Shown piece after piece: positions 1-13,255 of a stretch of DNA of 56,211 nucleotides. Numbering within the stretch: position 1 is the stretch's first letter; the number at the start of each line of letters is the position of its first letter. The position numbers were made by a program, and so were the translations under genes. The stretch is taken from NCBI RefSeq assembly GCF_001194135.2, contig NC_068995.1, positions 18,547,419 to 18,603,629 on the forward strand, given 5' to 3'. Origin of the DNA: Octopus bimaculoides (Eukaryota). The notes beneath the pieces are model-generated. The model was not told the origin of the DNA. It searched no databases and worked only from the letters and a program-made list of their open reading frames with translations.

Positions 1-1471
1 ATATAAAATGAACGAAGAAAGAAAAGATCGAAGAAAACAAAGGAAATTAGAGTAACGTTCCTTTTGCCCATGGCAGCCATAAATAAAGTAGAAGAATAAT
101 TCAACGAAGGGGGCTTCACAGACTGGAAGACAGCTGCTTAATAGGGAGAAGGTGGTGTCCTCCAGTTCACCAAAAGAAATTTATCCATGTTGTTCAATCA
201 ATTTTCTCATAATTTTCTATCATCTGTGTGTGTATTGTATGCTTGTATTTGTCTGTGTGCGTGTGTATGTATGTATGTGTGCATGTGGGTGTGTGTGTGT
301 GTGCGTGCGTGTGTGTGTGTGTATGAAATAACGTTAAGTATCCGACATTTATTAGTGTATGTATAAATATAGAAGTGCAAAAACAAAAATTAAAATATAT
401 TTAGTAAGAAAACGGGTGTCTATGTTAGTATTTTAGATATTCCTAACTTGACCTATTTTGACTGGTTGTATATTACATTTTTACATTTTTTTAACATAGT
501 ATCAGATATTTGCTAACAGTAAGTTGCCACCGGCTGCAATATCCCATTGCATTTTTATGTAAAATATATCGGTCAAATGAATATAATATTTTGCAGAATG
601 CTTCTTCGTCTCTCTTACAGCTTCATGAATGTTCTTGTTCTTCATAAAACGTACATTTCATTTCTTCTCTGAAAACAATGGCAATATTTTCTGTTACCAA
701 AAGCCATTTATCCTGGATGATTTCTTTGTTACGTAGTGAACTTTGAAATATTTCCTGCTTTTGCTTCCCCCAAGTCTTCAGAATTTATATATTGAGACTA
801 TATTCTTTCTGTTCCAGTATTAGCTTCTCTCTGATGCGAACACAATCAATGAAATATTGCATTTTACAAATTTATGGATGCAGATCTAATGATTTCTTCT
901 TTATATAGTTTATCAAAGTAATATCACGTCAAAAATATCTCGTTCTCTGTGGCCCCTGAAAAGATAAATTATGGCTGCGGCTTCCTAATTCGATGTAGTC
1001 CTCATTATTGGAAGAATGATAGACAGATGAAGACGGTCAAAGAGCAAAAATCTACCATCTGAATAGCTATATAAATTTAAAGTACATAGACAGGAACATA
1101 AATTTGGATTGAATGAATAATACGTTTAGCAGTGAAACGTGAAGCCAATACTACAGCAACAAAATAATACATAGTCATATATTTTAAAGATTTCTTCTTC
1201 AAATCTTGGCAATATCAGAAACTTCAATTTTAGTGCAAGTATTTTAGTTTTACATACTGTTGTTTTTTTCCCTTCTTGATTTTATCTGTGAAGTATAAAA
1301 CTCAAAAAGCTTCAAAAATATGCAGTACACTTAGTCCATTTCTGCGATACGATTTCCATTCCATATGGCTAGCATAACATGCTTTTATACTCACATACGT
1401 TCATTTCATGAGAATTTGCATTCATTTACTGCAAATCTTAAAGGGTTGAGTTGCAAAGTTTCGCATCGCTC

Positions 1472-1543
<72 letters not shown>
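1472..1543. repeat. Compound (TA)n(TG)n microsatellite
   Basis: Read directly from the sequence; it generates the spurious VCVC/THTH ORFs at 1365-1709. Confidence 0.95.
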
Positions 1544-1547
<4 letters not shown>

Positions 1548-2411
1548 GTAAACAAATATGCAATTATGTATGTGTATATGTGTATGCACGCGCAATTGTT
1601 TATGTGTGTGCGTGCACGTGAGAAAATGATTTTTTATTTCTGACTTCCCTGAGACCCTGAGACAGAACCCTGTGTCAATTTTGATAATTAATGAAAATAA
1701 ACATCTCATGGATTGATATTAATGTCATTCTCTGGTTATTCCTTCCGTCAAATAAAACTAATCTCCCTCGTCTATGATAATAAGAAAGAAATCCTTAATA
1801 TCCAGATTTAATCAGAAATGTGAAAGGCGCATTTTGAAATGTAGATCGCTAAAATAAAATTCAAATTATTATCGATTCTGGATCGCATTCCGAAATGCAT
1901 AGAAAATGTTTTATGCTGTTTTCGACAACCAATTAAATGCTAAACTCATGGATGTTATCCAAAGAATGGTTGTGGAAATTACAGATTTTAATAAAAATAT
2001 CAATATTAAAGTAAATTTCACTTCATTTCTTTTGTTTCAAATACGTTTACTATAATCAAATGGTATTTCAATCTTGGGTATGAATCCTACTTTAGCACTC
2101 CACGAATGTTTCAATCGCAAGAATGTAGCATTTCTAAAACAATAATAATATTCATCATCCAGACCAAAAATACAGTGAACACTAATCATAATGCAGGTTA
2201 CAAGGCAGTAGAATTTATCTCCGGAGGCAACACCGGTTATCATAGTAATCTATTATTTACAACTAGGACAAACTGGTACATGTTGATTAAAAAATGTTTA
2301 GTCTGATGACATTGATGCAATTCTGGTGCGTTCTCTAGCAGCACAGAAACTAATGAATGTGTATTTTGAATACAGACATGCAGATTTTGACAAGATTTCT
2401 CTATAGTATTT

Positions 2412-2581
2412 TATTTCTTTACTGCCCACAAAGGGCTAAACATAGAAGGGACAAACAAGGACAGACAAACGGATTAAGTCGATTATATCGACTCCAGTGT
2501 ACTTATATCGACACCAGTGTACTGGTACTTATTTAATCGACCCCGAAAGCATTTCGCCCGGCGTGCTAACGTTTCTGCCAG
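2412..2581 (-). mobile_element. tRNA-derived SINE (octopus OK/OR-like family), internally deleted, with 13-bp TSD
   Basis: The reverse complement begins CTGGCAGAAACGTTAGCACGCCGGGCGAAATG, homologous to the copy at 46051. It is flanked by identical CTCTATAGTATTT at 2399-2411 and 2582-2594. Confidence 0.9.
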
Positions 2582-2852
2582 CTCTATAGTATTTGCTATA
2601 TAAACTTGTTATGATGACAAACAGAATCTTTGACGGAATTACTAAGTGTGAAAACATCTCCAATATCTCGTATGATTGCCTCCTGTTTTATATATTTATC
2701 AGCCTTTTAGCTCATAGTAAGTATAACATGATATGAGAGTGTAGAATATCATATTATAGTGTAACATATGTATCGTCATTATCAACTACAATGTTATTAC
2801 TTATCTATATACGATCATTATAAGCAATCATGTTTAAAGAATCGCTTCATCT

Positions 2853-3362
2853 AGAATGTGCTTCAAACCTAGGATATCACGGAGGCTGTCACCACAGAAG
2901 GGACACGTAACGGATCAGCTCTCGATCACTGAAGCCAACCAACCATTTCTGATCGTAGTAGAAGAACCATTCAAGTCCCCTGGAATATGATATGACAACT
3001 TACTAAATGGCACTGGAAAAAAGGGAAAGTGGACGAAGAAACTGGCAGCGATAAGCTTTCTGCCAAAAGACTTCTGTGACTTTTATGTAAGGTCTGGTAC
3101 TTACAGTTCATATTGAAAATAAAGCACTTTCGTTTTTTGCTGATAGATATCAGCGTGAGCACAGTGAAAATGATGGAATGCAAGGAAGTGGTTTGGTGTA
3201 AAAACTAATCATATCAAAGTTGCTCTTTATTGCCAAACGAAGCTAGAGCTACCTAAAAAGTCCATTGCAGAGGACTGCAAGGTTGGAAAACCAAGGTTAA
3301 TCTCTATACTTGATGATTACGGTGGTAATTTCGTAAGACGAATCCAAACTAAGCTAAGACGT
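2853..3362 (+). mobile_element. Decayed non-LTR retrotransposon fragment, Hero-like (R2 superfamily) RT C-terminal region
   Basis: Manual translation across frameshifts gives RMCFKPRISRRLSPQKGHVTD ... EEPFKSPG ... KVWYLQFIL ... RKWFGV..VALYCQTKLELPKKSIAEDCKVGKPRL..RRIQTKLR. These are collinear with recalled Hero motifs RMSFKPAKSRSL..KG.V, EKPVKSLG, KAWIYQ, RKWLG.P..ALY...LQLP..S..EEFKV.K.R. Confidence 0.75.
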
Positions 3363-4502
3363 ATGTATGGAGACAAGGGCCGAAACATATAAATGGAGTG
3401 GGCTTCACTGAAACATTTCTGTTATTCAGCTTTCCTTCGAGTTTTATACAACCAGAAAAGGTTTAAAAGATTTTGTTTCGGCATAGAGAGTACAATGTAA
3501 TAAAATTTAAAAACTTTAACTCCCACAGAATTCAAGTTTGCGCTTCATATTTTCAGTGTTTAGATACAAATAATTGGGGTCTATATCATAGGTTAACCAC
3601 CTAGAGTTTGGCTTCGCTCATGAGCTGGAAAAAATATTCCTAATTTCAAGTTTTGATACTAAGTGATGAGAATATTATATTAAACACAAATAACAAGCAA
3701 TGAGAAATTTCATAATTTAATCTCTACTCATTCCATATATTTAGCTATTAGATATTAATGCAATGTAAGCAATAAGTTCATGCTGATTACCAATCACTCA
3801 GTTAATTTCTCCGGAAAACAGGATCGTCAGAAAAGCCATTTTTGGTTTCTTTCAATAATATGAAGCAGACAAGCGAGTCAAATTTCATGAACCAAACCAA
3901 AACAGGTGCCAATTCAGCGTTTGTTTCCACTACCTGCTGAACTTGATACACATCATTTGCGTCACTAATTCCCTCGATAGCGACATTAATATTTAGACTT
4001 ACACAATCTCGCTCGTTTGTAATACGCAGAAAGTGTGTTTCGGTACGAAACAAAAAAAAAAAGTTATCAAAATGTTAAACGCAGCCTATCAAATTTAATA
4101 TATAGATGTCCGACACATTTACTACACTAGAATGTGTCAATTAAAGAGATGTAAGCAATAAATCATTACGGTAATATTCTCATACAGTGTATAGCTTCAA
4201 TTATAAACTTCCATAATTTCCTCAAAATTTTCTTTCCACACAATTAAATATTAACATATCAGTAATAGAGTTTACTGATATTTTGCTCAATTTACTTCAT
4301 AGATCGTCCACTCAAAATGAAACTGATCCTTTTATGTTTGAATATTCTGTCTTATAAAATATGCTATCATAGACGCATCTGCAGTTATTTACTTGAAACA
4401 TATAAGTGAGTGCGTGAGGGTGCAAGCTTATGATGTTTGTGTGAATGATCACACACACACACACATATACAGACATAAATCCATTTATATATATTAGCAC
4501 AA

Positions 4503-4537
<35 letters not shown>

Positions 4538-4644
4538 NNNNNNNNNNCTCTCTCTCTCTCTCTCTCTTTCTCACTCTCTCTCTCTCCCTTTCACTCTGTC
4601 GCTACATATATATGTGTGCCTGTGTGCGTGTGTATATATACATT

Positions 4645-4680
<36 letters not shown>

Positions 4681-6119
4681 GATTCAAACTGTCAAATCTT
4701 GTAAATGGAATGCAGGCGCAGTTAGCATTAAAGGGATTCACTATGAAAGCACTCCGAATCCTAAAACTACAATATGACGAAATGTTCACGCACTTAATCC
4801 TCAAGAAAAACAAAAATGTTATTACATGTTCTACTTACATATTCAGACAAGGCGAATAAATCTTAAATTTTGTAGAATTCGGTCATATTTTGCCTTCAGG
4901 AAAATATATTAATCCCTTGTACAGCTGGATATGTTTTAATGTGATTTATGATATAGAAACCACAGTTAGCTCTGAATTATGATAATAAATACTCAATCAT
5001 ATAGATTGCAATGCACATCCAAATATTTGAAATGCTTCTTATTCTCGCAGAGTCCACCCGTATTAGTTCGCTTGATGAATAAAACGTGTCCCATGATGAC
5101 TCACTCAACAATATTTATAACATGAAGTGAAATGATTAAAGACACGTTGCATTTATAATATAGAAATGATTTATAAAGGCATATCAGAAATAATCTTGCT
5201 TCAGTTCCCAAGTAAACATCTACGTATGTATACCCGCCCACACACAAAATCATATTCAGACATGGTCGTACACACAGATAGGTACACACGCAAAATTAAG
5301 CCAGTGATATAAATATGTGTGCGCTTGTGTGCGTGTGTATATATATATGTTTTTTNNNNNNNNNNNNNNNNNNNNNNNNNNNNNNNNNNNNNNNNNNNNN
5401 NNNNNNNNNNNNNNNNNNNNNNNNNNNNNNNNNNNNNNNNNNNNNNNNNNNNNNNNNNNNNNNNNNNNNNNNNNNNNNNNNNNNNNNNNNNNNNNNNNNN
5501 NNNNNNNNNNNNNNNNNNNNNNNNNNNNNNNNNNNNNNNNNNNNNNNNNNNNNNNNNNNNNNNNNNNNNNNNNNNNNNNNNNNNNNNNNNNNNNNNNNNN
5601 NNNNNNNNNNNNNNNNNNNNNNNNNNNNNNNNNNNNNNNNNNNNNNNNNNNNNNNNNNNNNNNNNNNNNNNNNNNNNNNNNNNNNNNNNNNNNNNNNNNN
5701 NNNNNNNNNNNNNNNNNNNNNNNNNNNNNNNNNNNNNNNNNNNNNNNNNNNNNNNNNNNNNNNNNNNNNNNNNNNNNNNNNNNNNNNNNNNNNNNNNNNN
5801 NNNNNNNNNNNNNNNNNNNNNNNNNNNNNNNNNNNNNNNNNNNNNNNNNNNNNNNNNNNNNNNNNNNNNNNNNNNNNNNNNNNNNNNNNNNNNNNNNNNN
5901 NNNNNNNNNNNNNNNNNNNNNNNNNNNNNNNNNNNNNNNNNNNNNNNNNNNNNNNNNNNNNNNNNNNNNNNNNNNNNNNNNNNNNNNNNNNNNNNNNNNN
6001 NNNNNNNNNNNNNNNNNNNNNNNNNNNNGTGTTGAAACAAATTTTGTTGTGACTGAGGACTGAGGAAAGTTATACAATCTTAATATCTAACACACTCACC
6101 GGGTCAATTTTCAGTCGTT

Positions 6120-6163
6120 TATTATTATTATTACTATCATTATTGTTCTTCTTCTTCTTCTTC

Positions 6164-6245
<82 letters not shown>
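6120..6245. repeat. (ATT)n array with short (CTT)n insert
   Basis: Direct observation. Confidence 0.95.
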
Positions 6246-6246
<1 letters not shown>

Positions 6247-6889
6247 TATATTTCTGTCCTCTAAAAAGTTTTGTTGCTTTGGCAAACTTGTCAATGGGTA
6301 TTGACTCTCTCCAAATCGGAGCTGGATTTCTTTTTGTCTGTTTGAGATCCTGCTGTGCGCGCCAGCGTGCGTGTGTGCTTGAGTATACACATCTGTATGT
6401 ATGTATGTATGTATGTATGTATGTATGTGTGTGTATATGTATATATGTATGTTTGTGTGTGTATATGTGTATGTGTGCATGTATGCATGTAAATATGTGT
6501 GTATGTATTCTGTATATTCGTATGTTAGTATGTATTTGTGCGTGCTTGTGTGTTTAGGATGCATGCATATGTGTGTATACCTCTGCTTCCTTGTGTGTCC
6601 GTATGTATGAGTTTGCTTGATTATGTACGTCCATCTGTTATGTATGGATGTGTGTCTCCGTATTTGTCTTTGTGCGCATGTGTGTAGAGTATCTGTGTAT
6701 ATATTGTCATGTGTTTCCGTCTCCTTTTGTGTGTGTGTGCGAGTGTGTGTATGCTTCTCTGTCCGTATTACCTATGTCCTTATCATCTTACTTGTCTACC
6801 TACGTATCCATGTGTTTACCTAATTAACCACCAATTAGCAGAGATAGCTATGTACGTATTAGGATATCTCTAACTTCTTCGAGGATTTC

Positions 6890-7500
6890 TTATTTACTAC
6901 GGGGGTGGAGCGTTTCATTTATGAGGACGTACTCGTTTATTTGACTCAGTGATATGTCCTTTGGGTGCTAGGATAAATGCGGATGCCAAGTCAGAGCAGT
7001 ATGTCCCTATGTTGGTCTATGGCACGTTGATAGAGTATGGAGGACTGTTTCTTTTTATCATATTTACTCAAATGTGAGTCTATTCTTTCCGCTATACTTT
7101 CAGATGTCTCTTCAATGTCTACCGTGATTTTGTCTTTACAAGCACCTTCTGTTCACATTATGCTGGAGATTACAATTCTAGTTTTACAATTATTGCCAGG
7201 GTTAGGGTTAATCTTACATACCACGCAGTTCTCGTTAGTGCATGTGGTATTTTCGAATGGGTACGTACTACATAATTGCGATCTGATGGAGTTCCCTAAC
7301 TTCTCAACGATCTTACAGTTGGATGTAGTCTCTTTCAGAGCCATCCTAAATCTACAGGCTAATTCCTCATGAGGTATTGCCGCTACAAAATACACTCATT
7401 GATATGTGTCAGCCCTGTTCCATGTATTCTCTCTGCTTTGTGACAATCACTGTGTATGCTATTCTAGTCTTTACCTCGGTATCTAGGGCGGCTAACACTG
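6890..7500 (-). mobile_element. Penelope-like element relic: Cys-rich linker plus GIY-YIG endonuclease
   Basis: The minus strand reads SRPRYRGKD ... YFVAAIPHEELACRFRMALKETTSNCKIVEKLGNSIRSQLCSTYPFENTTCTNENCVVCK...NCKTRIVISSIM*TEGACKDKITVDIEETSESIAERIDSH...SILYQRAIDQH ... QINEYVLINETL. This matches the PLE pattern LFVPATP..EL / KIVE..G.SL..LL..S.PF / C...C..C..C / VY.I.C...C...YIGET.R....R..EH / RQI.E...I. Confidence 0.8.
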
Positions 7501-7667
7501 ACTTCATTACATATGACGTCGTCTAATGTTTTTCTCCCTCCTATGGATACACGAATCCTGACATTTTAGTCATATCCGAATTGATATGCACAATTTTGTT
7601 CATAATGTTATGCTCGTAGCAATCTCACAGTATCAATAAGTTCACACTCGCACCCACCTGCACCTCC

Positions 7668-7729
<62 letters not shown>

Positions 7730-8220
7730 NNNNNNNNNNNNNNNNNNNNNNNNNNNNNNNNNNNNNNNNNNNNNNNNNNNNNNNNNNNNNNNNNNNNNNN
7801 NNNNNNNNNNNNNNNNNNNNNNNNNNNNNNNNNNNNNNNNNNNNNNNNNNNNNNNNNNNNNNNNNNNNNNNNNNNNNNNNNNNNNNNNNNNNNNNNNNNN
7901 NNNNNNNNNNNNNNNNNNNNNNNNNNNNNNNNNNNNNNNNNNNNNNNNNNNNNNNNNNNNNNNNNNNNNNNNNNNNNNNNNNNNNNNNNNNNNNNNNNNN
8001 NNNNNNNNNNNNNNNNNNNNNNNNNNNNNNNNNNNNNNNNNNNNNNNNNNNNNNNNNNNNNNNNNNNNNNNNNNNNNNNNNNNNNNNNNNNNNNNNNNNN
8101 NNNNNNNNNNNNNNNNNNNNNNNNNNNNNNNNNNNNNNNNNNNNNNNNNNNNNNNNNNNNNNNNNNNNNNNNNNNNNNNNNNNNNNNNNNNNNNNNNNNN
8201 NNNNNNNNATCCAAAGCTTT

Positions 8221-8560
8221 ATGGTTTTACGGAACAAAAGTTTATATAGTTCTATAATTACCGATACTTCACCTATAACAATTCATCATATAGCTACAGT
8301 AAACTCTATCATACAAATCCCTACAATAGTTTGTTTTCTAAAAATAAAACATTTTCCCTTAAATTTTTCATGGAAGTTGATCAATACTTTTCGTAGACAA
8401 ACATATATCAATTATTTCATCGATTTTTCCTTTTTTTACCTTTTTTTTTTTTCAAACATCACAGTTTCCGAAACATCTGTTAAAGGCAACATAGAAATAT
8501 TTATCTTCCCATATGACAATGCAAATTGTTATTCTGACATTCCAATTATACTAGTTATTT
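8221..8560 (-). mobile_element. Possible highly decayed RT segment of the same Penelope-like element
   Basis: The minus strand is A-rich and reads KINISMLPLTDVSETV ... EIIDICLSTKS...GKMFYF, weakly like PLE RT (SLYPSLP / E..E.CL..NYF.F). It lies upstream of the GIY-YIG relic and in the same orientation, across a gap. Confidence 0.3.
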
Positions 8561-9023
8561 CTATTTAGGTTCCGTTTTACATAGTTCCATCTTTGATTTT
8601 GATATTATTTTCATGAAAAGTTTATTCATCACATTTAACCAAATAGCAACATTTTTAAAGTTCAAAGTAGTTTCATCATAATATATCAAAAGACAGAATG
8701 TATCTCTAAACTCTTCTCATCCTGTACTATAATAATATTCCAACATCATTGCGTGTATCAATTTGATATGATAGAGCAATTTATCATCGATAGACTTTAC
8801 ATCATTCTATCATGAAAGAGATTACTCTATATGAATATACATACCCTTCAACTTTACCTATAATGGGCAATTTATCTATCTATTCCCTTCACAGACATTT
8901 TCGCTCCATCTATTATCTCTATATACGTATATATATATATATGTATGTGCATATAATGTACATACATACATGAATACAAATATACATGCATATATATATA
9001 TACATACATATATATATATATAT

Positions 9024-9067
<44 letters not shown>

Positions 9068-10273
9068 AACATACAAGCATGTATACATACATATATATAA
9101 GTACGTTACGTATACATACATATATTTTCGTGTGTGTGTATGTATATGTTTATTCATATAAGCACATATACAAATATACATGTATGCATGCGTGCATACG
9201 TACTTGCACAAGTACATTATATAGTCTTTTGTTTGCCGTAGACTGTCTCCTCGTGTGCACTGTGTACGTTTGTGAATGTAAGATTGAGTGTTAAGCGTGT
9301 GTAGGTGGCAATAAACAATTATTAATCTAAGTGAGATGGGATGGTGTACATTCACAGTATTAGATGAATATGTAATTAGTTCGAAACGGTGATACATATA
9401 CGGTCTTTGGGACTCCTGTAATAATTCACAGAACGAGGACAGCTGGTTTGCAGTGCCTTTATTGTACCTCCTCTGTATTTTAATAAAGATCGGTTCTGAC
9501 AATATTCAGCTTCAGATTGGTTGGGCTGATGCCTGTGGAGAAAATATTTATGTATGCCGAAATAGGAAAAGGAATTTCCCCCTTGACACTGGAGCTTATC
9601 ATAAATGAGAATTGAATCAACGCTTGCAAGACTACCGTCTTAAAACTGTATTTATAAACTTGATGTATTTGGCCAAAGATTATGGATATAGTGAATGGGA
9701 ATATATGACATGTTCAAGGCATGTATACTTTTCGAATCGTGTAACTTTGAAATGCTGACACACGTACAGAACCTTCAGCTTTATGACGACAAATCCGGAA
9801 ATGACAAATTCTATAAGGTATAAAATTCAAGTTACTCCCTCCAAAGAAACTTCAGCATCAATACAAATAACAGTACTAAAGAATAACAGTAGTAAAAAAA
9901 TAAAAGTAAAAACAGTGCAAAAATAAAAATAATAAAAACACAGGACCTTACAGCAATCAAGCAAATATGCGTGGTTAAAAATTAAGCAGTGAAACGTTTT
10001 GTTTGCGAGTTTCCATCTACGACGTTGCATTATTGTTTTGTATGTATACTCGTACGTTGGTGATTATTTATGAAATATATGCTACAGTATTGCAATCTCA
10101 CAGTATCAATACATTCACACTCGCACACACGCACACGCACCCACCTACCCTCCACAGAACGGGGACAACTGGTTTACAGTGCCTTTATTGTCCTTCCTCT
10201 CTATAATGGAATGTGATGGTAATTCCTATATGAAAACTGTTCAGAACCCAAACATATGTGAATGTCTAGGGTA

Positions 10274-10328
<55 letters not shown>

Positions 10329-10413
10329 TTATCTATCTATCTATCTTTCTATTTATCTATCTATCTATCTATCTATCTTTCTATTTATCTATCTATCTAT
10401 CTATCTATCTATA

Positions 10414-10447
<34 letters not shown>
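10274..10447. repeat. (TATC)n tetranucleotide microsatellite followed by (TA)n/(TG)n
   Basis: Direct observation; source of the YLSI ORFs. Confidence 0.95.
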
Positions 10448-10470
<23 letters not shown>

Positions 10471-10537
10471 CAATCTATCTGCCCAGATACATACATACGT
10501 GTGTACATGTGTGTATGTATGTACATGTGTGTATGTA

Positions 10538-10578
<41 letters not shown>

Positions 10579-11381
10579 ACGCGCGAGTGTGTATTTCTAC
10601 AATTAGTATATGAATGTATTCATGTGTGTATATATGTTCGCCTCCCTTCTAAACTATTTAACTTCCTCCCTTAAGGAAGGAGCTTGTTTCTAACAATAAT
10701 ACAAAGACCCAGCGTTGGTATGTAGATAATAAAAAGGTAACATTTCAAACTTCAGAAAAATGTTGCTTAATTTTACTCTTCCACTTGTAGATTGTTTTTA
10801 CAACGTGCGAGTTTTTTTCTTCTGAACATCCAAGCTTATCAAGACTGTTTAACATTTACTCACATAACCAAGTGTACAATTTATTGATAGAAATATAAAT
10901 TTATTATCTGGATATAGAAGCTGGTGGTTTCCATGCGTTTGTCCATAGTTAGTATTATTCGCTCTGATATTGGAAGACATTTTCATATTAACATTTGTAC
11001 CATATTTGATGGTACAAACTTTTTACAGATGCTTCAGTATCACAATGCTTGATTCATATGACAGTAATACATATTTCAGACCACTGCTACCAACCACGAG
11101 TGGGAAGTATAGCCTGTTTACATATCCACAAATGTTGAAGTTTCCTTTAATACTGAGGAGCTTTCGAGTTCGAACAACTATCTCATATGTGTGTATGTAC
11201 GCATGAGTGTATGTATGTATGTATGTATGTATGTATGTATGTATGGACGGACGGATGGATGGATGGATATGTGTATGTATCTATGCATGTATCTGTGTAT
11301 GTATGTATGTAGGTATGCATGCATGCATGCATGTATTTATGTACACATGTTTGTAAAAATCATGGCGTATCAGACCTTATG

Positions 11382-11727
11382 ATAGCCTCCAGGTTCAGTC
11401 CCGCAGCGTGGAACATTGGTCAAGTGTTTTCTACTATACCCTCGGGCCGACCACCGCCTTGTAAGTAGATTTGGTAGACGGAAACTGAAAGAAGACTGTC
11501 GAATATATATAAATATATATATGTGTGTGGGGGTATATGTATTTATTTGTGTGTCTGTAATTTTCCCCACCATCGCGTTGTTTCCGTAGCATAGAGGTTC
11601 GACAAAAGAGACCGATAGAATAAGTATTAGGCTTACAAAGAATAAGTTCTGGGATTGGTTTGTTCGACTATAGGCGGTGCTCCAGCAAAGCCGCATTCAA
11701 ATGACTGGAACAAATAAAAATAAAGAA
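11382..11727 (+). mobile_element. SINE of a second family (internal TA/TG microsatellite), near full length, 5'-truncated
   Basis: GGTTCAGTCCC B-box-like head end, GGCCGACC..GCCTTG..ATTTGGTAGACGGAAACTGAAAGAAG body, internal (TA)(TG) tract, and 3' module GACCGATAGAATAAGTA..GGCGGTGCTCCAGCA..ATGACTGGAACAAATAAAAATAAAG. Homologous pieces occur at 21655, 27871, 34770, 45391 and 52015. Confidence 0.85.
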
Positions 11728-13155
11728 TGAAGCTGAATCGACATAGCTGTGATTAATGCATCTCTTGGTATTTTATTTTCTTGAATATATTGTCTCATAT
11801 ATTCAACAGATGTTTTTTGACAGTACAGTATCAACTACAAGTGATTTACCTGCAAGTCTGAGAAGCAGAGCAGCCACATGAATGTTCGTTTCTAGGCTTG
11901 TTTGAGATTGTGCAGTGTAACACATTCAATCTGTTTTGATTTCTGTGCAGTTCTGTACGATTAAATTGTGAGAGTTCTTCCAAAAATTGCTACCGGAGTT
12001 GAGCACAAGGAGGTTGAAACCCAATAGTAATATATAAATACCTTACTTCGAACGAAAATATACTTGCAATTCGAGGTATCGTGATTCACATATGTTCACA
12101 CATTCCGCCAATAGAGTAGCTCTGTCTAGATATTTTAGGGGATTTTTGTGTTGAAGGGTCTGTGTAAAATCTTGACTTGTGAAAGATGTAATTTTGACGT
12201 ATTGTTTCATTGTTCTTTATATTGTTTTGTTTTCTTCCCAAATTATGCTCGTGACATGCAGAGAAGCATTGCTTTTATGTTTTATAATGGTGAAATACTC
12301 TTTTGTAGCATAAAGCTGGATTCCAGGTGATATTGTTAACTACAGTACTAATTTCTCCGATTTCCGATATTTGATTCCAGTATATATTAGACGTAAATAT
12401 CTGCTCGTTTTCTTACTCCATCAGAATACCAACTGTTGTCTTCCTGCTGAAAGCCAAGTCACAATAAATTCAAGGTCTCAGGTATACCGGTCATACTGCC
12501 GAGTTGTTGAACGAGTGACAACTATGTTATTGTAACATTTCAAGTGCAAACGATATGCTCTCACCTATACATACAACCACAATTATCTGGATACGCAACA
12601 AGCACTGCAACATGTAGACAACTGAACAAATGCACTATGATTTAAAGTCTACCATCGTCCTCGTCAAACCACGGAACGACAATTGTTAGTGGTTGAAGGA
12701 GGATTGTGCGTGCCCGACGAAGAGGAAATGGAAGCTTTGGAAAATGGAAGCACATTAGAGAATAGTTGATGGCTTTTGGTAGAATATATATACCCAGTTT
12801 ATTATTTCGAGTGAGCAAAAATCATCGGGATAGTGTTACGTGATAACCAGAGATGTAAAACGTTGTTTAGATTACAAAGCAGCCTTGCAGCGTGGCCTCT
12901 AATTTACAAGATGGTTGTTCTGGGTGTTAGCCTTGTAACCGTAGATTTTTAAGTATCGCCAATAATACTAGTTAATCTAGGTATTCGGTGCTCGAATATA
13001 TGCACCAGTTGAGATATGTAAAACATCAGAGTGTAATGTATATTTCAGAAATTTGATACGGCGTCGTCAGAATGCTGACGTACTTAGTCAACTGTAATGG
13101 ATGCATTTCGTTACGAACATAATTAGAATGTTACCTACATCTTTTCATCATGGCA

Positions 13156-13255
13156 ATGATGAAGATGATGATGATAATGATGATGATGATGGTGACGACG
13201 ACGATGACAACGACGATGATGATGACAATGACGACGACGATGAATATGATGACGC
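13156..13255. repeat. (GAT/GAC)n trinucleotide repeat
   Basis: Direct observation; gives the poly-Asp ORF 13101-13313, which I treat as spurious. Confidence 0.9.

Noticed and set aside
3802-4053. 83-aa minus-strand ORF (FRTETHFLRIT...)
   Set aside because: No real ATG, no recognisable domain and no consistent splice sites; this length is expected by chance.
4780-4960. Minus-strand GTAAGT donor at ~4838 suggesting an exon
   Set aside because: All three frames from the nearby upstream acceptors contain stops.
12480-12780. GC-richer, coding-looking stretch (TERQLLVVEGGLCVPDEEEMEALE)
   Set aside because: Short, no recognisable motif and no clear splice boundaries; probably an unidentifiable TE remnant.
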